From an uncultured cyanobacterium (GTDB lineage: Bacteria; Cyanobacteriota; Cyanobacteriia; Cyanobacteriales; CAWCAG01), in the NCBI GenBank assembly GCA_963793425.1, contig CAWCAG010000007.1, positions 928,001 through 992,000 of the forward strand: 64,000 bases of DNA, given 5' to 3'. Made by a program: the position numbers and the translations under genes. Numbering within the stretch: position 1 is the first letter of the stretch; the number at the start of each line of letters is the position of its first letter. Below are positions 1-7,576 of the stretch, in pieces. The notes beneath the pieces were generated by a model. That model worked only from the letters and a program-made list of their open reading frames with translations. It searched no databases and was not told the DNA's origin.

Positions 1-505
1 ACAAAGGAGTAATATGAAACCCTGGTAAAGTATCAGCTAAATTCTCTGTTGGTAAGTCGCTGAGAAAGTCATGAAACCTGCCCAAGGCGTAACCCACTTC
101 CTGAGCTAAATTAGTATTTTTGATGGTATCAAAAGATTCACCCTGAATAAAACTAAGTCCTCGCCAGAAATTCCCCTCTGAGTCAACATAACTATCTTGA
201 CTATTTTGAGTTAATTGTACTTTCGGTACTTCCCAACGTCTTTCCAACTTCAGATGGTTTGATTGAAGATGTTGACTAATATATTCTGTACAGATGCGGA
301 GATTTTGCATCACTAATTTCGGTTGGCGAAACACCTTGATGTTAATACGTTGCAGAATAAAGTTTTCTTCTGGAATATCGAGAGTAACAAGAAAAGTATC
401 ATTGACATTACCACTACCCCAAGCTTGAATACCTTTAACCTTTCCTTTTGTTGAAAATTGGTTAGCGATCTTGATAATATTGACTAAGTTTTTGCTCTTT
501 TTCAC
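1..505 (-). CDS. Aminoglycoside phosphotransferase/N-acetylhexosamine kinase-like protein (runs off window start)
   Basis: Manual translation from GTG at 505: VKKSKNLVNIIKIANQFSTKGKVKGIQAWGSGNVNDTFLV..ENFILQRINIKVF; GxGNVNDTF is typical of APH-like kinases. Not in the ORF track. Confidence 0.75.
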   Translation of the reverse strand, partial: MKKSKNLVNIIKIANQFSTKGKVKGIQAWGSGNVNDTFLVTLDIPEENFILQRINIKVFRQPKLVMQNLRICTEYISQHLQSNHLKLERRWEVPKVQLTQNSQDSYVDSEGNFWRGLSFIQGESFDTIKNTNLAQEVGYALGRFHDFLSDLPTENLADTLPGFHITPL

Positions 506-598
506 TTTAAAGATTTGGCTAGGAAAGCACCGTTCAAATTATACCGGGGACTATTGCTCGTTTGTAGGAAGATATAGCCTCCTCGTAGCGTCCCCACT

Positions 599-1774
599 CT
601 AACCCCGAATCTGAACAGGCATAACTAAATGAGTCATCTTTACCCCACCTAAAGGGGTTAAAATTACCGGACTATCTGATGTATTCATTTGCATAGTAAT
701 TTCTGTGGCGTTGAGTACTTTCAAAGAATCCAAAACGTACTTAACATTAAAAGCAACCTCAATACTCTCCCCGGAAATTTGTGCTGGCATGGACTCTTTC
801 GCACTCCCTACATCTTGGGCGTCCACAGAAAGGGAGAGTTGCTGTGCCTCGCTGTCTAAGGTGAATTTAACAATACTATTTTTTTGCTCTGCTAATACTG
901 CCACTAATTCTAAACTGCTTAACAATCTTTTGCGTTCTACGGTTAAAGCGATCGCGAATTGTGATGGTAGTAATTGTTCATAAGCGGGGTATTGTCCATC
1001 TAATTTACGACTAGTTAAGCGTTGTTCCCCTAATTCAAAAATAACTTGTCCTTCATCATCATAGAGTGCTACCGGCTCTTTACTTTGGCGAGTTGCCAGA
1101 ATCCTTTCTAATTCTCTTAAAGCCCTGGCAGGAATAGTCACAGCGAATTCTTCAATATTATTTTTAATGGGAGTAGTTTCTTCACCTTCTCCCCCCACTT
1201 CCGTACTAGTTTCTACCACTGCCAAACGATGACCATCGGTAGCAGCAAATTCTAGGCTATCTTGTTGTAAACCTAAATGAATACCCGTTAATATCTGCTT
1301 GGTTTCATCGGTACTAGCGGCAAAAATACTACCCCGCAAACCTTCCACTAAAGCATTTCCTGGTAAATGCAGGGCTTGCCCTTCTTCAATAACCGGTAAA
1401 TCAGGAAACTCCTCTGCCCCCATACCCCTAACCTGATAACGCCCTGAAGCTGAAGTTAAGGTAACTAATGCTCCTTCGTTTTCTTCATCACCTTCTTCAT
1501 ATAACAAGGTGATTTCTCCTTCTGGAAGCCGAGAAATTATATCATTCAATAGCTTAGCGGGTAGAGTGATAGTACTACCTTCAATTACTTGGGCAGGAAA
1601 ACTGGTTTGAATGCCAAGACTCAAATCAAAAGCAGTAAGACTAACTCTCTGGCTTTTTTCATCGGCAACGAGTAAAACATTACCAAGGACAGGATGGGTA
1701 GGGCGAGAAGGCACAGCACGGCTGATTAAAGAAAGATTGGTGCTGAGATCGCTTTGAGAGCAAACAAGTTTCAT
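599..1774 (-). CDS. dnaN: DNA polymerase III beta clamp
   Basis: SRAVPSRPTHPVL, AATDGHRLA, C-terminal LVMPVQIR. Confidence 0.97.
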   Translation of the reverse strand: MKLVCSQSDLSTNLSLISRAVPSRPTHPVLGNVLLVADEKSQRVSLTAFDLSLGIQTSFPAQVIEGSTITLPAKLLNDIISRLPEGEITLLYEEGDEENEGALVTLTSASGRYQVRGMGAEEFPDLPVIEEGQALHLPGNALVEGLRGSIFAASTDETKQILTGIHLGLQQDSLEFAATDGHRLAVVETSTEVGGEGEETTPIKNNIEEFAVTIPARALRELERILATRQSKEPVALYDDEGQVIFELGEQRLTSRKLDGQYPAYEQLLPSQFAIALTVERKRLLSSLELVAVLAEQKNSIVKFTLDSEAQQLSLSVDAQDVGSAKESMPAQISGESIEVAFNVKYVLDSLKVLNATEITMQMNTSDSPVILTPLGGVKMTHLVMPVQIRG

Positions 1775-1924
1775 GGAGAGACAGGAGTTGGTTTAGGAAT
1801 GTTATTTTACTATCTTTCCTCGGACTTATTAATTTTGTCTTCAAAAATATGAACTAAGTCCGGGAGTTGATAATTGCTCAACACTACTATTCCGCATTTT
1901 CAGTTGGAACAATCAAAGCCAGGA

Positions 1925-2012
1925 TGGTGCGTTAAGCGCTGAATCAGTAGTTTAGTGGGCTTACTATCATTTTTATGCAGCGCCAACACACCCTACAATA
2001 TATGTGATCGCA
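1925..2012. repeat. Degenerate palindromic dispersed repeat (GGTGCGTT...AACACACCCTAC)
   Basis: caacacaccctacaatatatgtgatcgcac (~1984-2012) resembles caaacgcaccctataatatctgcgatcgcac at ~38102-38132. Confidence 0.5.
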
Positions 2013-2088
2013 CGACACAAATACAGTTATACCAGAAGTAGGACAGGTTATTTGTGAGGTTAGAGGAACAAGAATTGATAGAAATGAC

Positions 2089-2117
2089 TTGACTCATAAC
2101 AAACCTTTTGTTAGTGT
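2089..2117 (+). promoter_or_regulatory. Sigma70-type promoter for the aroF leader
   Basis: TTGACT (2089-2094), 17-nt spacer, TAGTGT (2112-2117) preceded by TGn extended -10. Confidence 0.6.
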
Positions 2118-2146
2118 AAGCAAAGTTATTAAAATATTGCCAAATA

Positions 2147-2203
2147 ATGTTTTCCAGCTACCAGCATTTTTACTTTTGGTTTAAATTGGTTCGCCGCGAG
2201 TGA
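2147..2203 (+). CDS. Attenuator leader peptide 1, MFSSYQHFYFWFKLVRRE
   Basis: ATG 2147 to TGA 2203; 7/18 codons Phe/Tyr/Trp including the run FYFWF; followed by a terminator; upstream of DAHP synthase. Confidence 0.8.
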   Translation: MFSSYQHFYFWFKLVRRE

Positions 2204-2230
2204 ATCTAGCTTAGTCTGGAATCTCCCGGT

Positions 2231-2261
2231 GGACTGTAGAACTGAAACTACAGTCTTTTTT
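2231..2261 (+). terminator. Intrinsic terminator of attenuator 1
   Basis: GACTGTAG (2232-2239), 8-nt loop, CTACAGTC (2248-2255), then T6. Confidence 0.85.
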
Positions 2262-2285
2262 ATTGCTCAACAATTGCTAAATCCC

Positions 2286-2342
2286 ATGAGTTTCTACTTT
2301 TATCACTTTCACTTTTTTTGGACTAGAGAAAGTTCCGGGTAG
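2286..2342 (+). CDS. Attenuator leader peptide 2, MSFYFYHFHFFWTRESSG
   Basis: ATG 2286 to TAG 2342; 8/18 codons Phe/Tyr/Trp plus 2 His; its 3' end is complementary to the 5' arm of the next terminator. Confidence 0.82.
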   Translation: MSFYFYHFHFFWTRESSG

Positions 2343-2366
2343 ATAGCCTCATGCCATTATTTTATC

Positions 2367-2400
2367 AAGCCTGGAACTAAATCAAGTTCCGGGCTTTTTT
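2367..2400 (+). terminator. Intrinsic terminator of attenuator 2
   Basis: AAGCCTGGAACT (2367-2378), loop AAATCA, AGTTCCGGGCTT (2385-2396, one G-U pair), T run 2395-2400. Confidence 0.87.
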
Positions 2401-2438
2401 CTGATCCTACCGCTATAAATTCAAGGAATAATTGCTTC

Positions 2439-3296
2439 ATGTTGAATGCCAAACTCGCTCTCAAATCACAATTCCAACCCACCAGTCTCATCAACATATC
2501 GGATCAAGTTACTATCGGTGGTTCGGAAATTGTCATTATTGGTGGCCCCTGTGCTGTAGAAAATTTAGAGCAAATGGAGACAGTTGCGGAAAAATTGATA
2601 CCAGATTCAGTACAAGCTTTACGGGGTGGAGTATATAAACCCCGTACTTCTCCCTACTCTTTCCAAGGATTAGGACAAGAAGGATTAGATATTTTCGCTG
2701 CTATTAAAAACCGCTGGAATATATCTATTGTTTCCGAAGTTATGGCTGTCAGTCAAATTGAAGAGATGAGCGCTTGTGTGGATATGTTTCAAGTTGGTAG
2801 CCGTAATATGCAAAACTTCGATTTGTTGAAAGCTTTAGGGCAAGCCGGGAAGCCAGTATTGCTGAAACGAGGTTTGGCTGCCACCCTCGAAGAATTTATT
2901 TTCGCAGCAGAATACATTCTAAGTCACGGTAACCCCCAAGTTGTTTTTTGCGAAAGAGGTATCCGCAGCTTTGATAATTACACTCGCAATGTTTTAGATT
3001 TAGGTACGGTAGCAGCTTTGAAACAGTTAACTCACTTACCTGTAATTGTTGATCCTTCCCATGCTGCTGGGAGAAGGGAATTAATTGCTCCTTTGGCTAA
3101 GGCTGCGATCGCCTGTGGTGCTGATGGTTTGATTGTTGAATGTCACCCCAACCCTACTGAGTCTGTTTCTGATGCTAGCCAAGCTCTTGCTTTAGAAGAG
3201 ATGGTGAGTCTGGTTGATGCTCTCAAACCTGTTGCCACAGCAGTAGGGCGTACCATAGCAACTTCACCACGTAGTCGTGAACTTTCTTTAGTTTAA
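2439..3296 (+). CDS. aroF: DAHP synthase type I-beta, catalytic domain only
   Basis: GGPCAVE, RGGVYKPRTSPYSFQGLG, GSRNMQNF, LKRG, CERGIR, DPSH. Confidence 0.93.
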   Translation: MLNAKLALKSQFQPTSLINISDQVTIGGSEIVIIGGPCAVENLEQMETVAEKLIPDSVQALRGGVYKPRTSPYSFQGLGQEGLDIFAAIKNRWNISIVSEVMAVSQIEEMSACVDMFQVGSRNMQNFDLLKALGQAGKPVLLKRGLAATLEEFIFAAEYILSHGNPQVVFCERGIRSFDNYTRNVLDLGTVAALKQLTHLPVIVDPSHAAGRRELIAPLAKAAIACGADGLIVECHPNPTESVSDASQALALEEMVSLVDALKPVATAVGRTIATSPRSRELSLV

Positions 3297-3348
3297 TTTT
3301 CGGGTTGGCAGCTTCCTCTATGCAACATTCAGCCTCTGCCAACCTTGA

Positions 3349-3678
3349 TTAAGTTTCTTCGTCTGTTTCGATTTTTTTCCCAGGAGAAGCATTATAGATA
3401 GCGTCTAACTGTTCTCTAGCATCATCAACATTGACAGAACGCATAACCAAAAGCGGCTCATTGATTGGCTGCCCTGTTTCATCCAACAATTCTGGATGAG
3501 GAACAGTTCTAGTAGTTCTGCTTCCAGAATTAGTAAAATTATTGTTAGTGCCGGAATTGGGCTTATAAGTATAGCGGCGGTTTGATTCAGCAGTTAAGTT
3601 AATCAAGTTGCTAATCAGGTTACTAATTGCAAAGAAGGCAATAACTGTAAAGGCAAGAATGTAAAGTATGTGTAACAT
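3349..3678 (-). CDS. DUF2973-like cyanobacterial protein
   Basis: MLHILYILAFTVIAF N-terminus; HPELLDETG..EPLLVMRS..DDAREQLDAIY. Confidence 0.75.
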   Translation of the reverse strand: MLHILYILAFTVIAFFAISNLISNLINLTAESNRRYTYKPNSGTNNNFTNSGSRTTRTVPHPELLDETGQPINEPLLVMRSVNVDDAREQLDAIYNASPGKKIETDEET

Positions 3679-3777
3679 TATTGTTATCCTCTCAGTGGAA
3701 TAATTTTTTTTGACAAAAGTTTCTTAAATAAAGAACCAGCACAGAAGTTAGAAATCACTTCCGTATTGGTAAGTAGT

Positions 3778-4104
3778 TTAATCATAGGCTTGTTCTTGGT
3801 GGGATCGCCATTTTTGCGATAGTTGCCAGCATTCTGCTACTAACCGATGCCAAGGTACAAGGGTTGCTGTTTCAATGCCAGCTTGGCCATCAGTTGCTTG
3901 TAACAACATCTGAGCAACCTTAACTTCTTGTTGGGCGTGAGAAAGCCGTGCTAGTAAATCAGCTTGCTCTTCCCTAGTAAGCAAAGAAATTTCTTGTGCT
4001 TCTAATAAAGATTGTGAACGAGAAAACCAATACTGAAAATCTTCGAGCAGAGGCCCAAGGACTGTTTTGAGCAGTTCGTTTTCAGAAAAATGAGAAGGCG
4101 ACAT
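3778..4104 (-). CDS. DUF2605-like cyanobacterial protein
   Basis: LLKTVLGPLLEDFQYWFSRS...PWHRLVAECW; usual neighbour of DUF2973. Confidence 0.75.
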   Translation of the reverse strand: MSPSHFSENELLKTVLGPLLEDFQYWFSRSQSLLEAQEISLLTREEQADLLARLSHAQQEVKVAQMLLQATDGQAGIETATLVPWHRLVAECWQLSQKWRSHQEQAYD

Positions 4105-4202
4105 TTATATATAATTAGTTTACTATCTAAGTCTATATATTAGCGTTATTTACAATCTTTAATATTTATCTACTTGGATTTTTGGAGGTGATATGCTAAA
4201 AG

Positions 4203-4247
4203 CCTCTAAATGGAGGGCAAGTTTGAAGCTTGCCCTCCATTTAGAGG
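4203..4247. terminator. Perfect 19-bp inverted repeat, likely terminator after the small basic ORF
   Basis: cctctaaatggagggcaag, 7-nt loop, cttgccctccatttagagg. Confidence 0.7.
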
Positions 4248-4262
4248 TCTTCTTGCAACAAT

Positions 4263-4460
4263 TTAGTTATTGTTGTCGTTGCCATTATTATCGTTGTTGT
4301 TCTCATCAGTGGCATTGCCTGTACCAGTTTTTCTGCCCCCACCATTACCGTAACGCTTACCTCCACGGGTAAAGCGCTTATTACGATTTTTTCTGAATTT
4401 GCGAGCATAGGCTTTATTGCGCTCAGCTTTTTCTTTTTTTAGATTTCTACGTTTTGACAT
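4263..4460 (-). CDS. Small very basic protein of unknown function
   Basis: MSKRRNLKKEKAERNKAYARKFRK, Asn-rich tail; GAGG SD upstream; terminator downstream. Confidence 0.65.
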   Translation of the reverse strand: MSKRRNLKKEKAERNKAYARKFRKNRNKRFTRGGKRYGNGGGRKTGTGNATDENNNDNNGNDNNN

Positions 4461-4616
4461 TATGACCTCATTGACACGACAAAGCGCCTTCAGCTTTGGC
4501 TCGTTAGATTAACTCCCAAGCGTTTCTGAGGCGCTTATTGAATTTAGACTTGATTTACTACTAAATAACTATTGTGGTCTAAAACTCTGGGGGATTGCTA
4601 AATAAATCTTCAACTC

Positions 4617-4895
4617 CTAGAACCGATTATTTTTTCTGCGATCGCCTCGATCTTCCCTTGGTCTAGCTTTGTTGACTCGCAACTGTCTATTCATCCATTC
4701 TGCACCATCAAGTTCAGCTATGGCTTTGTCTTCCTGGCTTTCTTCTTCCATTTCTACAAAAGCAAAACCACGAACTCGGCCTGTTTCCCTATCTTTTGGT
4801 ATGACAACGCTTTTAACAGAACCGTATTCTGCAAACACTTCGGACAGGTCTTCTTCTTTAACCTGGTAAGATAGGTTGCCTATGTAAATTGTCAC
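4617..4895 (-). CDS. rbp: RRM RNA-binding protein
   Basis: RNP2 IYIGNL, RNP1 RGFAFVEM. Confidence 0.95.
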   Translation of the reverse strand: MTIYIGNLSYQVKEEDLSEVFAEYGSVKSVVIPKDRETGRVRGFAFVEMEEESQEDKAIAELDGAEWMNRQLRVNKARPREDRGDRRKNNRF

Positions 4896-5130
4896 TAATG
4901 CTTCTCCGTCTGAAATACTTGCTCAGATCAAGCTCGGCTAGAGATTATTCAGAAATAATCATAGGCTAGCCTATGATTATAATTTCTGAAAACTTCTCTT
5001 GGCTATGAGGGTTTGTTAACCGCTAGCTAGTCCGATACTCAAATCTATTTTCGTACTAACTATAGCATATTTGGGCTAGGGTAAAACCGAGTTAAAAATT
5101 GGTTTGAGAATAAGCTTTCTAGATGAATTT

Positions 5131-5481
5131 TTAGCCACCGCTAATCTTCGCTTTATAGCCTAATTTTTGCAAAAATTGGCAAATTTTTTCTTTATGGTCA
5201 CCTTGAATTTCTAAAGTATTGTCTTTGAGGGTTCCACCGCTACCGCAATAGCTTTTTATTTGTTTGAGTAGAGGGCTTAAGGTTTCTAATTTACTTTGAA
5301 ATCCACTAATAACGGTGACGGTTTTACCTTTACGCCCTTTGCGAGTTGATTGTACTTGCAAGTTTTGTTGGTTAGGGTGTAAATCTGGTTGCCCCCGCTC
5401 TAACGCTTCTGGCTGGCTAGCTTCACCAAATTCTTGGTAAGCAATTCTTTGGTGAGAAGAAGATTTACGCTTTTTGCTCAT
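5131..5481 (-). CDS. yciH: SUI1/YciH translation factor
   Basis: RKGRKGKTVTVI, CGSGGTLKD, EIQGDH. Confidence 0.92.
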   Translation of the reverse strand: MSKKRKSSSHQRIAYQEFGEASQPEALERGQPDLHPNQQNLQVQSTRKGRKGKTVTVISGFQSKLETLSPLLKQIKSYCGSGGTLKDNTLEIQGDHKEKICQFLQKLGYKAKISGG

Positions 5482-5557
5482 AAAGGTTGTTTGATTATTC
5501 GGGCTTCGCTAATAGATTTATAATTAAACCTGTCGTAATAGTATTTTGCCTTAAATT

Positions 5558-6799
5558 GTGAGCGCCACTACCAACACTGCGGTTTATACCGACTCTCAAC
5601 AACCTGATGCTTTAGGAAGATTTGGACGTTTCGGGGGTAAGTATGTACCGGAAACTTTGATGCCGGCTTTAAGTGAGTTAGAAACTGCTTATAGTCAATA
5701 TCGTCAAGATCCTGACTTTGTTAAAGAGTTACAAGGACTACTGCGAGATTATGTCGGTAGACCTAGCCCTTTATATTTTGCCCAACGCCTTAGCGATCTC
5801 TACACCAAATCTGACGGTACAGGGCCGCAAATCTATCTTAAACGAGAAGATTTAAACCATACCGGGGCCCATAAAATCAATAATGCTTTGGCTCAAATTT
5901 TGTTGGCTAAGCGTATGGGAAAGCAACGTATTATTGCTGAAACCGGGGCAGGACAACATGGCGTAGCTACAGCAACAGTGTGCGCCCGCTTTGGTTTGTC
6001 ATGTGTAATTTACATGGGGGAACAGGATATGGAACGCCAAGCCCTCAATGTTTTTCGGATGCGCTTGTTAGATGCAAAAGTGCAACCGGTAACGGCCGGT
6101 ACTGGTACTTTAAAAGATGCTACTTCAGAAGCGATTCGAGATTGGGTTACTAATGTGGAGAATACTCATTATATTCTCGGTTCTGTAGCTGGGCCTCATC
6201 CTTATCCGAGAATTGTTAGAGATTTCCATGCCGTTATTGGTCAAGAGACTCGCCAGCAATGCCAGGAAAGATGGGGTGGATTACCTGATATTCTCATGGC
6301 TTGCGTAGGGGGTGGTTCCAATGCCATGGGTTTATTTGCTGAATTTGTTAAAGATGCTTCTGTAAGGATGATTGGTGTCGAAGCAGCAGGAGAAGGTACG
6401 GAAACCGAGAAACACGCTGCCACCCTGACTAAAGGCCGTCCAGGGGTGTTACATGGGGCAATGAGCTATTTATTACAGGATGGTGAAGGGCAAGTTGTTG
6501 AAGCTCATTCGATTAGTGCTGGGTTAGATTATCCTGGAGTTGGGCCAGAACATAGTTACCTCAAGGATACCCAACGGGCAGAATATTACAGCGTTACTGA
6601 TGCTGAAGCAGTGGAGGCTTTTGTGCGGGTATCGAAGCTAGAAGGAATTATCCCTGCTTTAGAAACTGCCCATGCTTTTGCTTATTTAGAAACTCTTTGT
6701 CTTCAGTTGACTGGCAGCCCTAAAATTGTAATTAACTGTTCGGGACGCGGGGATAAGGATGTGAGGACGGTGGCTAAGTATTTAGGGAAGGAATGGTAA
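5558..6799 (+). CDS. trpB: Tryptophan synthase beta chain
   Basis: [39 protein letters not shown]. Confidence 0.98.
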   Translation: MSATTNTAVYTDSQQPDALGRFGRFGGKYVPETLMPALSELETAYSQYRQDPDFVKELQGLLRDYVGRPSPLYFAQRLSDLYTKSDGTGPQIYLKREDLNHTGAHKINNALAQILLAKRMGKQRIIAETGAGQHGVATATVCARFGLSCVIYMGEQDMERQALNVFRMRLLDAKVQPVTAGTGTLKDATSEAIRDWVTNVENTHYILGSVAGPHPYPRIVRDFHAVIGQETRQQCQERWGGLPDILMACVGGGSNAMGLFAEFVKDASVRMIGVEAAGEGTETEKHAATLTKGRPGVLHGAMSYLLQDGEGQVVEAHSISAGLDYPGVGPEHSYLKDTQRAEYYSVTDAEAVEAFVRVSKLEGIIPALETAHAFAYLETLCLQLTGSPKIVINCSGRGDKDVRTVAKYLGKEW

Positions 6800-6854
6800 T
6801 TTATGGGGGAGGAAGGTTTGAGCATCTTTTTGTACAGTTACTCAGTTTTGGTGC

Positions 6855-7487
6855 ATGAAATTAGAAAATTTCCAGGTTTGTGAGCGCGATCTTGATGAGC
6901 TTACTTTAGAAAAGTATTTAGGGGCTGAAGTAATTGCTGTGGATACAGAGACGATGGGGTTAATTCCTCAGCGGGATCGCCTTTGTTTGGTGCAATTGTG
7001 TGACCCCCAAGGTTATGTAACTGCTATTCCTATTGAGCGGGGGCAGAAGGAAGCCCCGCATTTAAAAAGGTTAATGGAAGATAGGGGGGTAACTAAGGTG
7101 TTTCATTTTGCCCGTTTTGATATTGTTCAATTACAATCTAGCTTGGGCATTTTCACGAATCCTCTTTTTTGTACTAAAATAGCCAGCAAACTAGCTCGTA
7201 CCTACACTTCTAGCCACGGACTAAAGAGCTTAGTTCAAGATTTAGAGCAAGTTGAGTTGGATAAAAGCGCTCAAAGTTCTGATTGGGGAAATGCAGCTAA
7301 TCTTTCTGAAGAACAGCTCAATTATGCGGCCAATGATGTTCGCTATTTAATTAGCCTACAGAGAAAATTAACTAGTATGCTAAAAAGAGAAGAACGTTGG
7401 GAATTAGCTAAACAATGCTTTGCTTGCTTGCCAGTATTTGCTTCTTTAGATTTGCTTCATTATCAAGGGATTTTTGAGCATAAGTAA
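6855..7487 (+). CDS. rnd: RNase D-like 3'-5' exonuclease
   Basis: AVDTETMG, FHFARFD, SSDW, YAANDV (DEDDy). Confidence 0.9.
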   Translation: MKLENFQVCERDLDELTLEKYLGAEVIAVDTETMGLIPQRDRLCLVQLCDPQGYVTAIPIERGQKEAPHLKRLMEDRGVTKVFHFARFDIVQLQSSLGIFTNPLFCTKIASKLARTYTSSHGLKSLVQDLEQVELDKSAQSSDWGNAANLSEEQLNYAANDVRYLISLQRKLTSMLKREERWELAKQCFACLPVFASLDLLHYQGIFEHK

Positions 7488-7576
7488 GTAGCTGAAATGA
7501 TCAATAATAGGCAACCAAAAAAATTAGCTCACTAACTACCCTTGCAATGATCTGGCTTCACAGGAGAAATTAAAGG

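Noticed and set aside
1775..2090. oriC upstream of dnaN
   Set aside because: No cluster of TT(A/T)TCCACA boxes seen and no dnaA adjacent.
2140..2400. T-box riboswitch upstream of aroF
   Set aside because: No AAGGTGGNACC T-box sequence or specifier stem; the uORF-terminator model explains the region.
4263..4460. rpsU (S21) after rbp
   Set aside because: Lacks the ESALRRFKR and ETP motifs of S21.
5482..5557. trpL-like attenuator before trpB
   Set aside because: Only 76 nt of divergent spacer, with no Trp uORF or terminator.
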